A stretch of 64,000 nt of DNA from an uncultured Gammaproteobacteria bacterium (GCA_964553875.1 CAZKNH010000004.1:5391-69390); one strand, 5' to 3'; shown: positions 18,124 through 27,021, counted from the stretch's first letter. Notes: generated from the letters alone by a model not told the origin. Numbers and translations are program-made.

Positions 18124-19342
18124 TGCCGTTTGGACGACCATCGGTATTGCCGATAACATTTCGGTCGTCGCGATCAAGAGTCGGTCTCCAGTGACGATTG
18201 AAGGCGGCGAAGCCGCGGCGGACGTCGTGACCGGGGCGATCGTGGCCGACGCGGTCGAGCCCGAGGCCGGAAAGGGCAGGACGGAGCGAGGCAGCCGCCC
18301 GGGCTTCTGTCTCAATTGCGGCGCGACGTTGACGGGCCGCTACTGCGTGAATTGCGGCCAGTCCGCGTACATCCATCGCGACCTTCGCTCGATAGGGCAC
18401 GACGTCGTGCACGCGGTATTCCACTTCGACGGCAAGTTCTGGCGAACCATGCCGGAGCTCGCGTTCCATCCGGGACGGCTCACGCGCCGATACATCGACG
18501 GCGAGCGTGCGAAGTTCATCTCGCCGATGGCGCTCTTCCTCTTCATCGTGTTCGCGATGTACGCGGTCTTCGCGTTTGCGCCCGAATTCGACTGGAACAA
18601 CCCGCCGCCTTTTACCGTGATGGCGGGAGGCCGCGAGCTGATCGAGGAAGAGATTGCGACGCTGCATCGCCGGCTCGATGCACCGGGGATAGCCGATGCC
18701 GAGCGAGCCGCTCTCGAGCAGGAGCTTGCCGAGCTCGAGCTCGGCCTTGCAATGGTGCAGGCATACGAATCCCGAGACAGCGAGCGATACCAGACGCTTC
18801 AAGCACAATACCTCGAGCTCAAACGAGATGCAGGACGCGCAGACTCGGCGGATGCGGAAAGCATCGATCCGAGAGGGCCGGGGGCTCCGGAGAAAGCGGA
18901 CGAGCAGGGTGGTACTCTGCTGAGTCGAGCCCTGCAGAAGCTCGAGGACGATCCGGACCTCGCGCTCTACAAGATGAAGAGCAATGGATACAAATGGTCC
19001 TGGCTCCTCGTCCCGCTCAGCATCCCTTTCGTATGGCTGCTCTTCTTCTGGCGACGCGAGTTCAATTTGTACGACCACGCCGTGTTCGTGACGTACTCGA
19101 TCAGCTTCATGATGATCCTGCTGATCTCGAGCCAGCTTGCGTCGATGGCCGGCGCCGGATCATGGGCCTCTATCCTGCTGCTGATGGTGGCCCCTCCGAT
19201 ACACCTCTACAACCAGTTGCGCGACACATATGGGTTGTCGCGGCCGGCGACGCTCGTCAGACTCTTCTTCGTGCTCGTCTCGGCCGCGATCGTGCTCTCG
19301 CTGTTCGTGACGATGCTGCTGTTGATGGGCGCGCTCGAATAA
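18104..19342 (+). CDS. DUF3667 domain-containing membrane protein
   Basis: Zinc-ribbon CLNCGATLTGRYCVNCGQS followed by HDVVHAVFHFDGKFWRTMPELAFHPGRLTRRYIDGERAKFISPMALFLFIVF, plus C-terminal TM helices. The track start overlaps glcF by 20 nt. GTG 18191 is an alternative start. Confidence 0.6.
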   Translation: MSGWRHSAVWTTIGIADNISVVAIKSRSPVTIEGGEAAADVVTGAIVADAVEPEAGKGRTERGSRPGFCLNCGATLTGRYCVNCGQSAYIHRDLRSIGHDVVHAVFHFDGKFWRTMPELAFHPGRLTRRYIDGERAKFISPMALFLFIVFAMYAVFAFAPEFDWNNPPPFTVMAGGRELIEEEIATLHRRLDAPGIADAERAALEQELAELELGLAMVQAYESRDSERYQTLQAQYLELKRDAGRADSADAESIDPRGPGAPEKADEQGGTLLSRALQKLEDDPDLALYKMKSNGYKWSWLLVPLSIPFVWLLFFWRREFNLYDHAVFVTYSISFMMILLISSQLASMAGAGSWASILLLMVAPPIHLYNQLRDTYGLSRPATLVRLFFVLVSAAIVLSLFVTMLLLMGALE

Positions 19343-19362
19343 CAACAAGCGAGGGGTAGAAC

Positions 19363-20919
19363 GTGCTCGACATCGGGAAATGCGGCAGCATGTCGCACCG
19401 TGCGCTGGCGCGTCGGTGCGCGGCGCTCTGCGGCATCGTGCTCGGGGTTTGCGCACCGGCCGCGCACGCGGCCGAGACGTTCGACATCGGCCTCGCGTCC
19501 GACGGCACGCGGATCGACGCGGTCTCCGTGCAGGGGGCGACCGACGATGCGCCGCTCGTGATTCTGGTCGGCGGTCTCGAGGGAGACGGGGAAGATAGCG
19601 CCGAGGTGCGTGTCGCCGTCGAGCGTTTCGACGCGCTGTCGCAATCGGAGCGCGGTGTGAAACTGATCGCGATCCCGGTCGCAAACCCCGCCGGCGTGCC
19701 GCTCGAGTTCCCGCCGTCCGGAACGGCGTATCGCGAGAACGCCGAGGCGAACACGCTGTGGCGCTTCATCGGCGCGCACGGGCCGGATCTCGTGCTGATC
19801 GCGGGCGAAGAGACGTTCGGCCTGGACGACGCGCTCGCGAACGAGCCTGTCGCGCTCGTCGGCCGGATTCCGAGTCGCGGCTGGTCGGAAGCGGACGATC
19901 TCGCGGAGCTCGATGCCGGCAACGTGCCGCGATCGGAAGCGCGCCGCGAGCTCGAACGGCGCCGTGCACGCACGCCGCGCGACGTGGCGCTCGAGCTTAC
20001 GGAGCACTATGGACGCGAGTTCGAAACACCCTGGTACATCCAGGCGCTCGCGCTGCGCGCGCAGCTCGCGCTCGGCCGCATCGATCTGGTCCGCGAGCTC
20101 GCGGAGCCTTACGTCAATGGCGAAAGGGACAGCCTCGAGCGCCCGAATGCGCTAGTGATGGCGGGGCACCTGATTTTCGGCGATCTCGCGCGAGCGACCG
20201 GCGACGCGCGGTACGTGGAGTTGGTCCGCAGGGTCGCCGATCTCGGCTTCGACGAGAACGGCGAGATGCTCGAGGCGGTGCCGTATCACGGCGAATACAG
20301 CGATTCTGTGTTCATGGGCACGGTGAGCCTCGTGCAGGCCGGCGCGTTGACCGGTGAGCGCAAGTACTTCGACATGGCGGTGCGGCATCTCGAGTTCATG
20401 CAGCGCCTCGTGCTGCGTCCGGACGGCCTTTATCGTCATCAGCCGGCGACCGATGCCGCGTGGGGCCGGGGCAATGGTTTCGCTGCGCTGGGGCTTACGC
20501 TGATGCTTTCGGAGCTGCCGAGCGACCACCCGAGGTACGGCTTCGTGCTCGAGAGCTACCGCTCGCACATGGCGGCGCTCTTGCCGTATCAGAACCGGGA
20601 CGGCCTGTGGCGCAACGTCGTCGACGTCCCGGGCGCCTACCCCGAGTTCACCGGGACTGCGATGATCGGCTTCGCGATGCAGCGCGGGCTGACCAACGGT
20701 TGGCTCGATGACACGCCTGCGTATCGCACGGCCGTCGAGAAGGCCTGGGATGCCGTCAACGCGCGCATCGGACCGGGCGGCACGTTCATCGATGTCTGCG
20801 AGTCGACGGCTCGGATCGAATCGCTGCAAGGCTATCTCGAGCGCGAAGCGATCCTGGGACCCGATCCCCGCGCCGGCGCGATGGCGTTGCTGTTCGCGAC
20901 GGAACTGATGCGGAACTAG
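19363..20919 (+). CDS. Secreted two-domain protein: N-terminal degenerate M14-peptidase-like domain plus C-terminal GH88/GH105-like (alpha/alpha)6 hydrolase domain
   Basis: GTG start with a GAGGGG SD 6 nt upstream. Signal peptide CGIVLGVCAPAAHAAE. C-terminal RPDGLYRHQP..AAWGRGNGFAALGLTLMLSELP..LPYQNRDGLWRNVVD..EFTGTAMIGFAMQRG resembles unsaturated glucuronyl/rhamnogalacturonyl hydrolases. Confidence 0.55.
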   Translation: MLDIGKCGSMSHRALARRCAALCGIVLGVCAPAAHAAETFDIGLASDGTRIDAVSVQGATDDAPLVILVGGLEGDGEDSAEVRVAVERFDALSQSERGVKLIAIPVANPAGVPLEFPPSGTAYRENAEANTLWRFIGAHGPDLVLIAGEETFGLDDALANEPVALVGRIPSRGWSEADDLAELDAGNVPRSEARRELERRRARTPRDVALELTEHYGREFETPWYIQALALRAQLALGRIDLVRELAEPYVNGERDSLERPNALVMAGHLIFGDLARATGDARYVELVRRVADLGFDENGEMLEAVPYHGEYSDSVFMGTVSLVQAGALTGERKYFDMAVRHLEFMQRLVLRPDGLYRHQPATDAAWGRGNGFAALGLTLMLSELPSDHPRYGFVLESYRSHMAALLPYQNRDGLWRNVVDVPGAYPEFTGTAMIGFAMQRGLTNGWLDDTPAYRTAVEKAWDAVNARIGPGGTFIDVCESTARIESLQGYLEREAILGPDPRAGAMALLFATELMRN

Positions 20920-21083
20920 ACGTTTCCGCGTTACGGGGTTCCTCACGGCGGAGAGCTCGAGACCGGCACGCGTTCTCGTCGGCCATTCGCGCGGCGGGAG
21001 CGCTTCGCTTACTCGTGCGTCAGCACGGATGGAACCCTGCCGCGCACCGGGCCGGCTTGCCGCAGATTCGCACCGCCGCACGC

Positions 21084-21112
21084 TTGAGCCAAATTCCCTC
21101 GTGCCGCATAAT
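21084..21112 (+). promoter_or_regulatory. Candidate sigma-70 promoter for the DUF222-HNH gene
   Basis: TTGAGC (21084-21089), 17-nt spacer, CATAAT (21107-21112), in a locally AT-richer pocket about 20 nt upstream of ATG 21133. Confidence 0.4.
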
Positions 21113-21132
21113 ACTGGACAGATAAACACTAC

Positions 21133-22872
21133 ATGGAGAGGAACTTGTCGGCCCGACCCCGCATGATGCCGTGGACCGCCTGCTCGGCGAACGAGCGCGA
21201 ATTGCGGGCCGAAGCCCTTGCGCAAGAGATCGTCGAGCTGTCGGCTCACATCGCCGCGGCCGAGGCGCGTTGGCTCGAGCTGATCGCACGCTTCGACGCG
21301 GAGGAGCTCTGGGCGGTTCACGGCGCGCACAGCTGCGCGCATTGGCTGAACTGGCAATGCGGCATCAGCCTGCACGCGGCCCGCGAGCGGGTGCGGGTCG
21401 CGCGGGCGCTCGAGGGGTTGCCGCGGATCCGCGAGGCGTTCGCACGCGGGGAGGTGAGCTACTCGAAGGTGCGGGCGATGACGCGGATCGCGGTGCCGGA
21501 GAGCGAGGAGATGCTGCTCAACATTGCGCGGCACGGGACGGCGGCGCACATGGATCGGCTCGTGCGGGCGTATCGGCGGGTGGAGCGGCTCGAGGCGGCG
21601 GCGGAGGCGATGGCGCGGTATCGGAGCCGCAGCGTGCGGTACCGCTACGACGAGGACGGGATGCTCGTGATCACGGTGCGGCTGCCGGCGGAGATCGGCG
21701 AGGTCGTCCGTCGGGCGATCGACTCGGCGATGGAGCTGCTGTATCGGGACGGGATGCGGAAGGAGCGGGAGGAGGAGAGCGAACGGCGGGGCGCCGCGGA
21801 GCCTGTGGAGGTCGAGTGCGGCGGAGCGGTCGTGGCGACGCTCGACGACGCGGGGGAAGTGCAGGTCAAGTTCGAGACGCAGGCGGGCGTCGCCGCGGGG
21901 ACGTGTGCGGGAGGCGTCCCCGCGGGGACGCGAGCAGTGGCCACCGCAGACGTCCCCGCGGGGACGTCGGTATCAGCTGCGAGGCTTGATGATTCACCTC
22001 CATTTCCCGGTTGTCACAAGACACCGGGCGGTCATGCGGTCGTCGAAGAGTTCGAGGGGCAGGAGTGGAACGATTCGGTAGCCGCTCGTCGCGCTGATGC
22101 GCTGCGATTGCTGGCGGAGAGCTATCTCGCCGGCGGTTGGCGGCAGCTTGCAGGCGACACGCCGCTCGACACGAGCGCGGATCGCTATCAGGTCGTCGTG
22201 CACATCGATCAGGCGCTGCTATCGGAGGCTCGGCGCGAATCGTCGCGGCCGACGACGGACCTTGGACGCTGTGCGCTGGACGACGGCCCTGCGCTTGCGA
22301 TCGACACGGCCCGGCGCCTCGCGTGTGACAGCGTGCTCGTCGGGATCGTCGATGACGAGAACGGCGAGCCGCTCAACGTCGGGCGGAAGACGCGCGCGAT
22401 CCCGCCGGCGCTCCGTCGGGCGTTACGTGCGCGGGACGGCGGATGTCGATTCCCTACGTGTGATCGGACGCTGTTCCTGCACGCGCACCATGTCGAGCAC
22501 TGGGCGGACGGCGGCGAGACGAAGCTTTCGAATCTGGTGAGCCTTTGCACCTATCACCATACGCTGGTGCACGAGGGCGGCTTCGATGTGAAGGTGACGG
22601 ACGACGGTGCGTTCGTGTTCTACGATCCGACCGGGAAGCCGTTGCCGACGACGGGGCGGCTGTCGCAGCGGACGCTCGACGTACTCGCGCAAGCTGCCGC
22701 GGAAAGGCGTGTGACGCTGGAGGATCAGCATAAGGCGCTCGGATTCGCAGTTTCGGCCGAGGCCGCCGCGTGCCGCTGGAGCGGTGAGAGGATGGATTAC
22801 GGGCTCGCGGTCGATTGTCTCGTGCAGCGGCGCGACCGTGCGCGGCGGGGAGCGGAGCTCGGACCGTGCTGA
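21133..22872 (+). CDS. DUF222 domain / HNH endonuclease family protein (13E12-repeat-like)
   Basis: N-terminal DUF222-like ELWAVHGAHSCAHWLNWQCGISLHAARERVRVARALEGLPRIREAFARGEVSYSKVRAMTRI. C-terminal HNH RDGGCRFPTCDRTLFLHAHHVEHWADGGETKLSNLVSLCTYHHTLVHEGG. No clear SD; ATG 21163 is an alternative start. Confidence 0.8.
   Translation: MERNLSARPRMMPWTACSANERELRAEALAQEIVELSAHIAAAEARWLELIARFDAEELWAVHGAHSCAHWLNWQCGISLHAARERVRVARALEGLPRIREAFARGEVSYSKVRAMTRIAVPESEEMLLNIARHGTAAHMDRLVRAYRRVERLEAAAEAMARYRSRSVRYRYDEDGMLVITVRLPAEIGEVVRRAIDSAMELLYRDGMRKEREEESERRGAAEPVEVECGGAVVATLDDAGEVQVKFETQAGVAAGTCAGGVPAGTRAVATADVPAGTSVSAARLDDSPPFPGCHKTPGGHAVVEEFEGQEWNDSVAARRADALRLLAESYLAGGWRQLAGDTPLDTSADRYQVVVHIDQALLSEARRESSRPTTDLGRCALDDGPALAIDTARRLACDSVLVGIVDDENGEPLNVGRKTRAIPPALRRALRARDGGCRFPTCDRTLFLHAHHVEHWADGGETKLSNLVSLCTYHHTLVHEGGFDVKVTDDGAFVFYDPTGKPLPTTGRLSQRTLDVLAQAAAERRVTLEDQHKALGFAVSAEAAACRWSGERMDYGLAVDCLVQRRDRARRGAELGPC
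21888..21966. repeat. Three copies of a 16-nt GC-rich palindrome inside the HNH gene linker
   Basis: CGTCCCCGCGGGGACG (perfect palindrome) at 21915-21930 and 21951-21966. One-mismatch copy CGTCGCCGCGGGGACG at 21888-21903. Each encodes (G/D)V(P/A)AGT. Confidence 0.85.
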
Positions 22873-23565
22873 CTACGCTGCCAGCTCGTCGAGCCGCTCC
22901 GCGAGCTCCGGCATCGCGTCGATCGAGAACGCGGCGACGAGCTCGTCGCGCGGGATTTGCCGATAACCGTAGCTCGCCCAGACGAAACGCCAGCCGGCGG
23001 CCCGCGCCGCGTTCATGTCGTGGTGCGAGTCGCCGACGTAAACGGCAACGTCGGCCGTGACGCCGAGCCGAGCGGCGGCGGTGTCGAGCAGCATCGGGTG
23101 CGGTTTCTTCTTCGCGACGCTGTCGCCGCCGAGCACGAGCTCGAAGCGGGGGAGGAGACCGGCCTGATCGAGCAGCGCCTCCGCGAAGCGGAGCCGCTTG
23201 TTCGTGACGCACGCGAGACGCACGCCGCGCGAGCGAAGCGCGTCCAGTGTCTCGGCGACGCCCGGATAGAGGCGAGTTCGCACGAACAGGTTACGCGCGT
23301 AGCACTCGGAGAAGCGCTCGATCGCCGTCCGCAGCAACGCGTCCGCTTCCGATCGCGGCATGGAACGCTCGAGCCCGCGGCGCACGAGCTCCTCGACCCC
23401 GTCGCCGACCCACTCGCGTGTCTCGCGCTCGGTCGAGCGCGGAAGCCCCAGCGACTCGAACGCTTCGCCGAGGCAATAATTCAGGTCGGGGACGGAGTCG
23501 ACGAGGGTACCGTCGAGGTCGAAGGCCAGCACCTCGATGCTGGCCTTCGGAGATGCAGGCATCAA
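22873..23565 (-). CDS. gph: Phosphoglycolate phosphatase (HAD superfamily)
   Basis: VLAFDLDGTLVDSVPDL (motif I), ACVTNK (motif II), KKKPHP, VYVGDSHHDMNAARAAG (motif IV). ATG overlaps the dhaK stop by 4 nt. Confidence 0.8.
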   Translation of the reverse strand: MMPASPKASIEVLAFDLDGTLVDSVPDLNYCLGEAFESLGLPRSTERETREWVGDGVEELVRRGLERSMPRSEADALLRTAIERFSECYARNLFVRTRLYPGVAETLDALRSRGVRLACVTNKRLRFAEALLDQAGLLPRFELVLGGDSVAKKKPHPMLLDTAAARLGVTADVAVYVGDSHHDMNAARAAGWRFVWASYGYRQIPRDELVAAFSIDAMPELAERLDELAA

Positions 23566-24557
23566 AATACGCGAACCGCGATCTCGGCCGGGGCCGCGAG
23601 CAGCTCCTCGAGCTCGTTGTCGAGGCGGAGAAGGGTCAGCGAAGCGCCGGCCATCTCGAGCGACGTGCAGTACTCGCCGACGTAGTTGCGCACGATCGTC
23701 AGCCCCTTTTCCTTGCAGCGCTGCGCCGCGCGGCGATAGAGGATGTAGAGCTCGCTGATCGGCGTGCCGCCGAGGCCGTTGATCATGACCGCGACGCGGT
23801 CGCCGGACTTGAACGGCAGGTCGTTATAGACCGCATCGAAAAGCTCGTCGACGATCGCATCGGCGTTCTTCAGCTTGTCGCGGCGGCGGCCCGGCTCGCC
23901 GTGGATGCCGACGCCGACCTCCATTTCGTCCGGGCCGATCTCGAAGATCGGCGTGCCTTTCGCGGGCGGCGTGCACGACGTCAGCGCGACGCCCATCGTG
24001 CGCACCTGGCTGTTGACCTTCGTTGCGATCTTCAGCAGGTCGTCGAGGCTCGCACCCTTCTCGGCCGCAGCGCCGCATGCCTTGATGACGAAGAAGTTGC
24101 CCGCGACGCCGCGTCGGCCGACGGTGTGCGTCGAATCCTGCACGGCGACGTCGTCGTCGATGACGAAGCTCTTGACGTTGATGCCCTCGGCCTGCGCCAT
24201 CTCGACCGCCATGTCCCAGTTCATCCGGTCGCCTTGGTAGTTGTTGATCAACACGAGGACGCCCGCCTTCGAGTTCATCAGCTTGATGCACTCGTAGCAG
24301 TACTCCATCGGCGGCGCGGAGAACACGTTGCCCGGCGAAGCGGCATCGAGCATGCCGGGGCCGACGGCCATGACGTGCGCCGGCTCGTGACCGCTGCCCG
24401 ATCCCTGTATGACCGATACCCTGTCGTCGCGCGGCCTGTCGGCGCGATAGATGATGTTGTACTCGGGCTTGTAGCGCAGCATCTCGGGATTCGCGAGCGC
24501 GATTCCCTCGAGCATCTCCGGTACGAAATTGGCGGGATCGTTGACGAATTTTTTCAT
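23562..24557 (-). CDS. dhaK: Dihydroxyacetone kinase subunit DhaK
   Basis: MKKFVNDPANFVPEMLEGIALANPEMLRY..VSVIQGSGSGHEPAH..GDRMNWDMA..GIHGEPG. Confidence 0.85.
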   Translation of the reverse strand: MKKFVNDPANFVPEMLEGIALANPEMLRYKPEYNIIYRADRPRDDRVSVIQGSGSGHEPAHVMAVGPGMLDAASPGNVFSAPPMEYCYECIKLMNSKAGVLVLINNYQGDRMNWDMAVEMAQAEGINVKSFVIDDDVAVQDSTHTVGRRGVAGNFFVIKACGAAAEKGASLDDLLKIATKVNSQVRTMGVALTSCTPPAKGTPIFEIGPDEMEVGVGIHGEPGRRRDKLKNADAIVDELFDAVYNDLPFKSGDRVAVMINGLGGTPISELYILYRRAAQRCKEKGLTIVRNYVGEYCTSLEMAGASLTLLRLDNELEELLAAPAEIAVRVF

Positions 24558-24603
24558 GACCTGGCCCCCACGGGTTGTTCGTATTGTCAGTGATTCCGAT
24601 GGA

Positions 24604-25263
24604 TCAGCTCGCCTTGCTCACCGGCTGGACGCCGACCGTCTTGCATAGGTCGTTCAGCATCGTCGCAACGGCGACGATTCCGGGATCGGGACTTCCGATG
24701 CTGCGTTCGCCCGTGAACGACTGGCGGCCTCGCTTCGCGACCCAATCCCGCGTACGCTCGATCGCCTCGGTCGCGACGGCTGCGGCCTCGCGCAGCACCT
24801 CGCCGGGATCGGCGTCGTCGCGGCCAATGTACTCCTTGATCTTGTCGCGCACCGGAATCAGCGCGTCGAGCAGGGTTTTGTCGCCGGCTTGAGCGCCGCC
24901 GCGTTGCTGGATGCCCTCGATCGCGGCCGTCAGCATCTTCTCGAGCTCGTCGAGCGTGATGCTCGTCTTGTCGCGGGAGAGCGCCGCCGCCCGCATGAAA
25001 CCGGTGCCCCAGATCGGCCCGGAGCAGCCGCCGACGTTCTTGCTGATGATCATCGCGATCTTCAGCAGGAACGCGCCGATCGAGCTGCGGTCGAGCTGGT
25101 CCCAGTCCTGCAGCACGACGCGGAAGCCGGACGCGAGGGAGACGCCGAAATCAGCGTCTCCCGCGGCCGAATCGAGCTCCGAGAAATACTTTTCGTTGCG
25201 TAGCGCCGTTTCCGCGATCGATTTGATCGCAGTTTCGACGTCCGCGAGCGTGATCTCCTTCAT
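24604..25263 (-). CDS. dhaL: Dihydroxyacetone kinase subunit DhaL (nucleotide-binding)
   Basis: FSELDSAAGDADFGVSLASGF..GGCSGPIWGTGF..GAQAGDKTLLDAL..RGRQSFTGERSIGSPDPG. Confidence 0.85.
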   Translation of the reverse strand: MKEITLADVETAIKSIAETALRNEKYFSELDSAAGDADFGVSLASGFRVVLQDWDQLDRSSIGAFLLKIAMIISKNVGGCSGPIWGTGFMRAAALSRDKTSITLDELEKMLTAAIEGIQQRGGAQAGDKTLLDALIPVRDKIKEYIGRDDADPGEVLREAAAVATEAIERTRDWVAKRGRQSFTGERSIGSPDPGIVAVATMLNDLCKTVGVQPVSKAS

Positions 25264-25291
25264 TGTGTCGTTCCTCTCGTGCTAGCTGCCG

Positions 25292-26014
25292 CTATGCTGC
25301 GCGCTGAGCGAGCGCCTTCAGGTCGGCCAGCGTCACGAGGACATTGGGCGGATCGCCCAATTCGGGCACGACCTTGACCGCGAGATCGAAGTTCTCGTTG
25401 ATCGTGTACGTGCTCGTCGTGATCAGGCACGGCATGCCGGCCCCGTGCGCGGCGAGCAGACCGTTGCGGCTATCCTCGATGACCATGCAGGCCGAGCCGG
25501 GGAGGCCGAGCCGCTCTTTCGCCAGATTGTAGATTTCCGGATCGGGCTTCTTCTTCGAGACGACGTCACCCGCCAGAACGAACTCGAACCTGGCTTTGCG
25601 CTCGGGGCCCATCAGGTCGAGCACGCCGTCGACGGAGATCGGATTGGACGTCGTGCAGACGCCGAGGCGGATGCCTTCGGCGGAAGCCTCGTCGATGATG
25701 CGGATGATGCCGGAGCGGAGCGGGAGCTGACCGGACGAGATCATGTCCTTGAAGATCGCCGTCTTGCGCTTGTGCAGCTCCGCGATGAACTCGGTCTTGT
25801 CCTTCGCCTCGGCCGGCCAACCGGCCTTGTCGAAGTAAGCGGTCATCCGTTCCTTGCCGCCGGCCACCTTCAGAAGCTCGCCGTAGAGCTCGACGTCCCA
25901 CGTGACGTCGAGCCCCATCTCCGCGAAGGCACGGTTGAACGCGACGCGATGGCCGTCGCGTTCCGTGTCGACGAGCACGCCGTCGCAGTCGAAGATCAAC
26001 GCTTGCATCGTCAT
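25292..26014 (-). CDS. HAD-IA family hydrolase (CbbY-like sugar phosphatase)
   Basis: MQALIFDCDGVLVDTERDGHRVAFNRAF (motif I), GVCTTS, KKKPDPEIY, MVIEDSRNGLLAAHGAGM. Start ATG 26014 or 26008; the track start at 26038 overlaps the aldolase gene. Confidence 0.75.
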   Translation of the reverse strand: MTMQALIFDCDGVLVDTERDGHRVAFNRAFAEMGLDVTWDVELYGELLKVAGGKERMTAYFDKAGWPAEAKDKTEFIAELHKRKTAIFKDMISSGQLPLRSGIIRIIDEASAEGIRLGVCTTSNPISVDGVLDLMGPERKARFEFVLAGDVVSKKKPDPEIYNLAKERLGLPGSACMVIEDSRNGLLAAHGAGMPCLITTSTYTINENFDLAVKVVPELGDPPNVLVTLADLKALAQRAA

Positions 26015-26021
26015 CGTGCGC

Positions 26022-26900
26022 TCACGCGACCTTCGCAAGGAGCTCGGGTGCGCGATTCGCGCCGCCGAACTGCTGGATCTTTTCCTTGAAGAGCGCCTTC
26101 ATCGCTTCGAACTGAGCGCCGAGCACCCGCAGAGGCTCGTAGTCCTTGGGGTTCTTCTCGTGATACTCGACGAAGCTGTCGATGAAGACGTGCTTCAGGT
26201 TCGTGCTGATGTTGATCTTCGCGCAGCCGAGCTTGATGCAGCGCTGGATCACGTCGTCGGAGAGACCCGTGCCGCCGTGCAGCGCCATCGGCACGCCGGT
26301 GCGCTTGTTGATCTCTTCGATCAAGTCGAAGCGAACGTTCGGCTCTCCCTTGTAGTAGCCGTGCGCCGTGCCGATTGCAGCCGCGAACGCGGCGAGATCG
26401 AGCTCGCGACAGAACTTCTCGGCTTCGTTCGGGTCCGTGAAGATCGAGTCCTTCTCGTCGACGACCATGTCGTCCTCGACGCCCATGATCTGGCCGATCT
26501 CCGCCTCGACGCCGACGTTCTTCGGGGTCGCGATGTCGACGACCCTGCGAGACAGCTCGAGGTTCTTCTCGAACGGGTACTCGGACGCGTCGATCATGAC
26601 CGAGGTCCAGCCCATCTCGACGCACTTCTTGATCATCTCGAAGTCTTTCCCGTGGTCGAGATGGAGCACGACCGGGACCGGAGAGTCGCCGGCGATCTCA
26701 CGCATCCATTCGACGAGCGCGCGATGGCCGTAGTACTTGATCGTCTTTGCGGACGTCTGAACGATGACCGGCGCATTCAGCTCTTCGGCTGCGGCCACCA
26801 TCGCTTTCATCGATGCATAGTCGACCGGGTTGAAGGCCGCGACCGCGTATCCCTGCGCTTTCGCTTCGGCCAGAACCGGCTTCATGTTGACGAGCGGCAT
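26022..26900 (-). CDS. Class II ketose/fructose-bisphosphate aldolase family protein
   Basis: MPLVNMKPVLAEAKAQGYAVAAFNPVDYASMKAMVAAAEELNAPVIVQTS, VVLHLDHGKD (Zn/catalytic), GVEAEIG, ALHGGTGLSD. Start ATG 26900; the track start at 26957 is a TTG upstream extension. Confidence 0.8.
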   Translation of the reverse strand: MPLVNMKPVLAEAKAQGYAVAAFNPVDYASMKAMVAAAEELNAPVIVQTSAKTIKYYGHRALVEWMREIAGDSPVPVVLHLDHGKDFEMIKKCVEMGWTSVMIDASEYPFEKNLELSRRVVDIATPKNVGVEAEIGQIMGVEDDMVVDEKDSIFTDPNEAEKFCRELDLAAFAAAIGTAHGYYKGEPNVRFDLIEEINKRTGVPMALHGGTGLSDDVIQRCIKLGCAKINISTNLKHVFIDSFVEYHEKNPKDYEPLRVLGAQFEAMKALFKEKIQQFGGANRAPELLAKVA

Positions 26901-27021
26901 CTCTATTTCTCCTTCGCCGCGCGGGCAAACAAGGGTGGTGTGGAAACAGCAAGACAATATACTTGATCGGCGCGGTATTGTCCCGAACGGCGGGTCCGCG
27001 AAACCCGAATTGCCGGGCTCG

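Noticed and set aside
20152-21549. 465-aa minus-strand ORF spanning the GH88-like 3' end, the intergenic region and the HNH 5' end
   Set aside because: It crosses a non-coding AT-richer promoter region and is antisense to two recognisable genes. No motifs.
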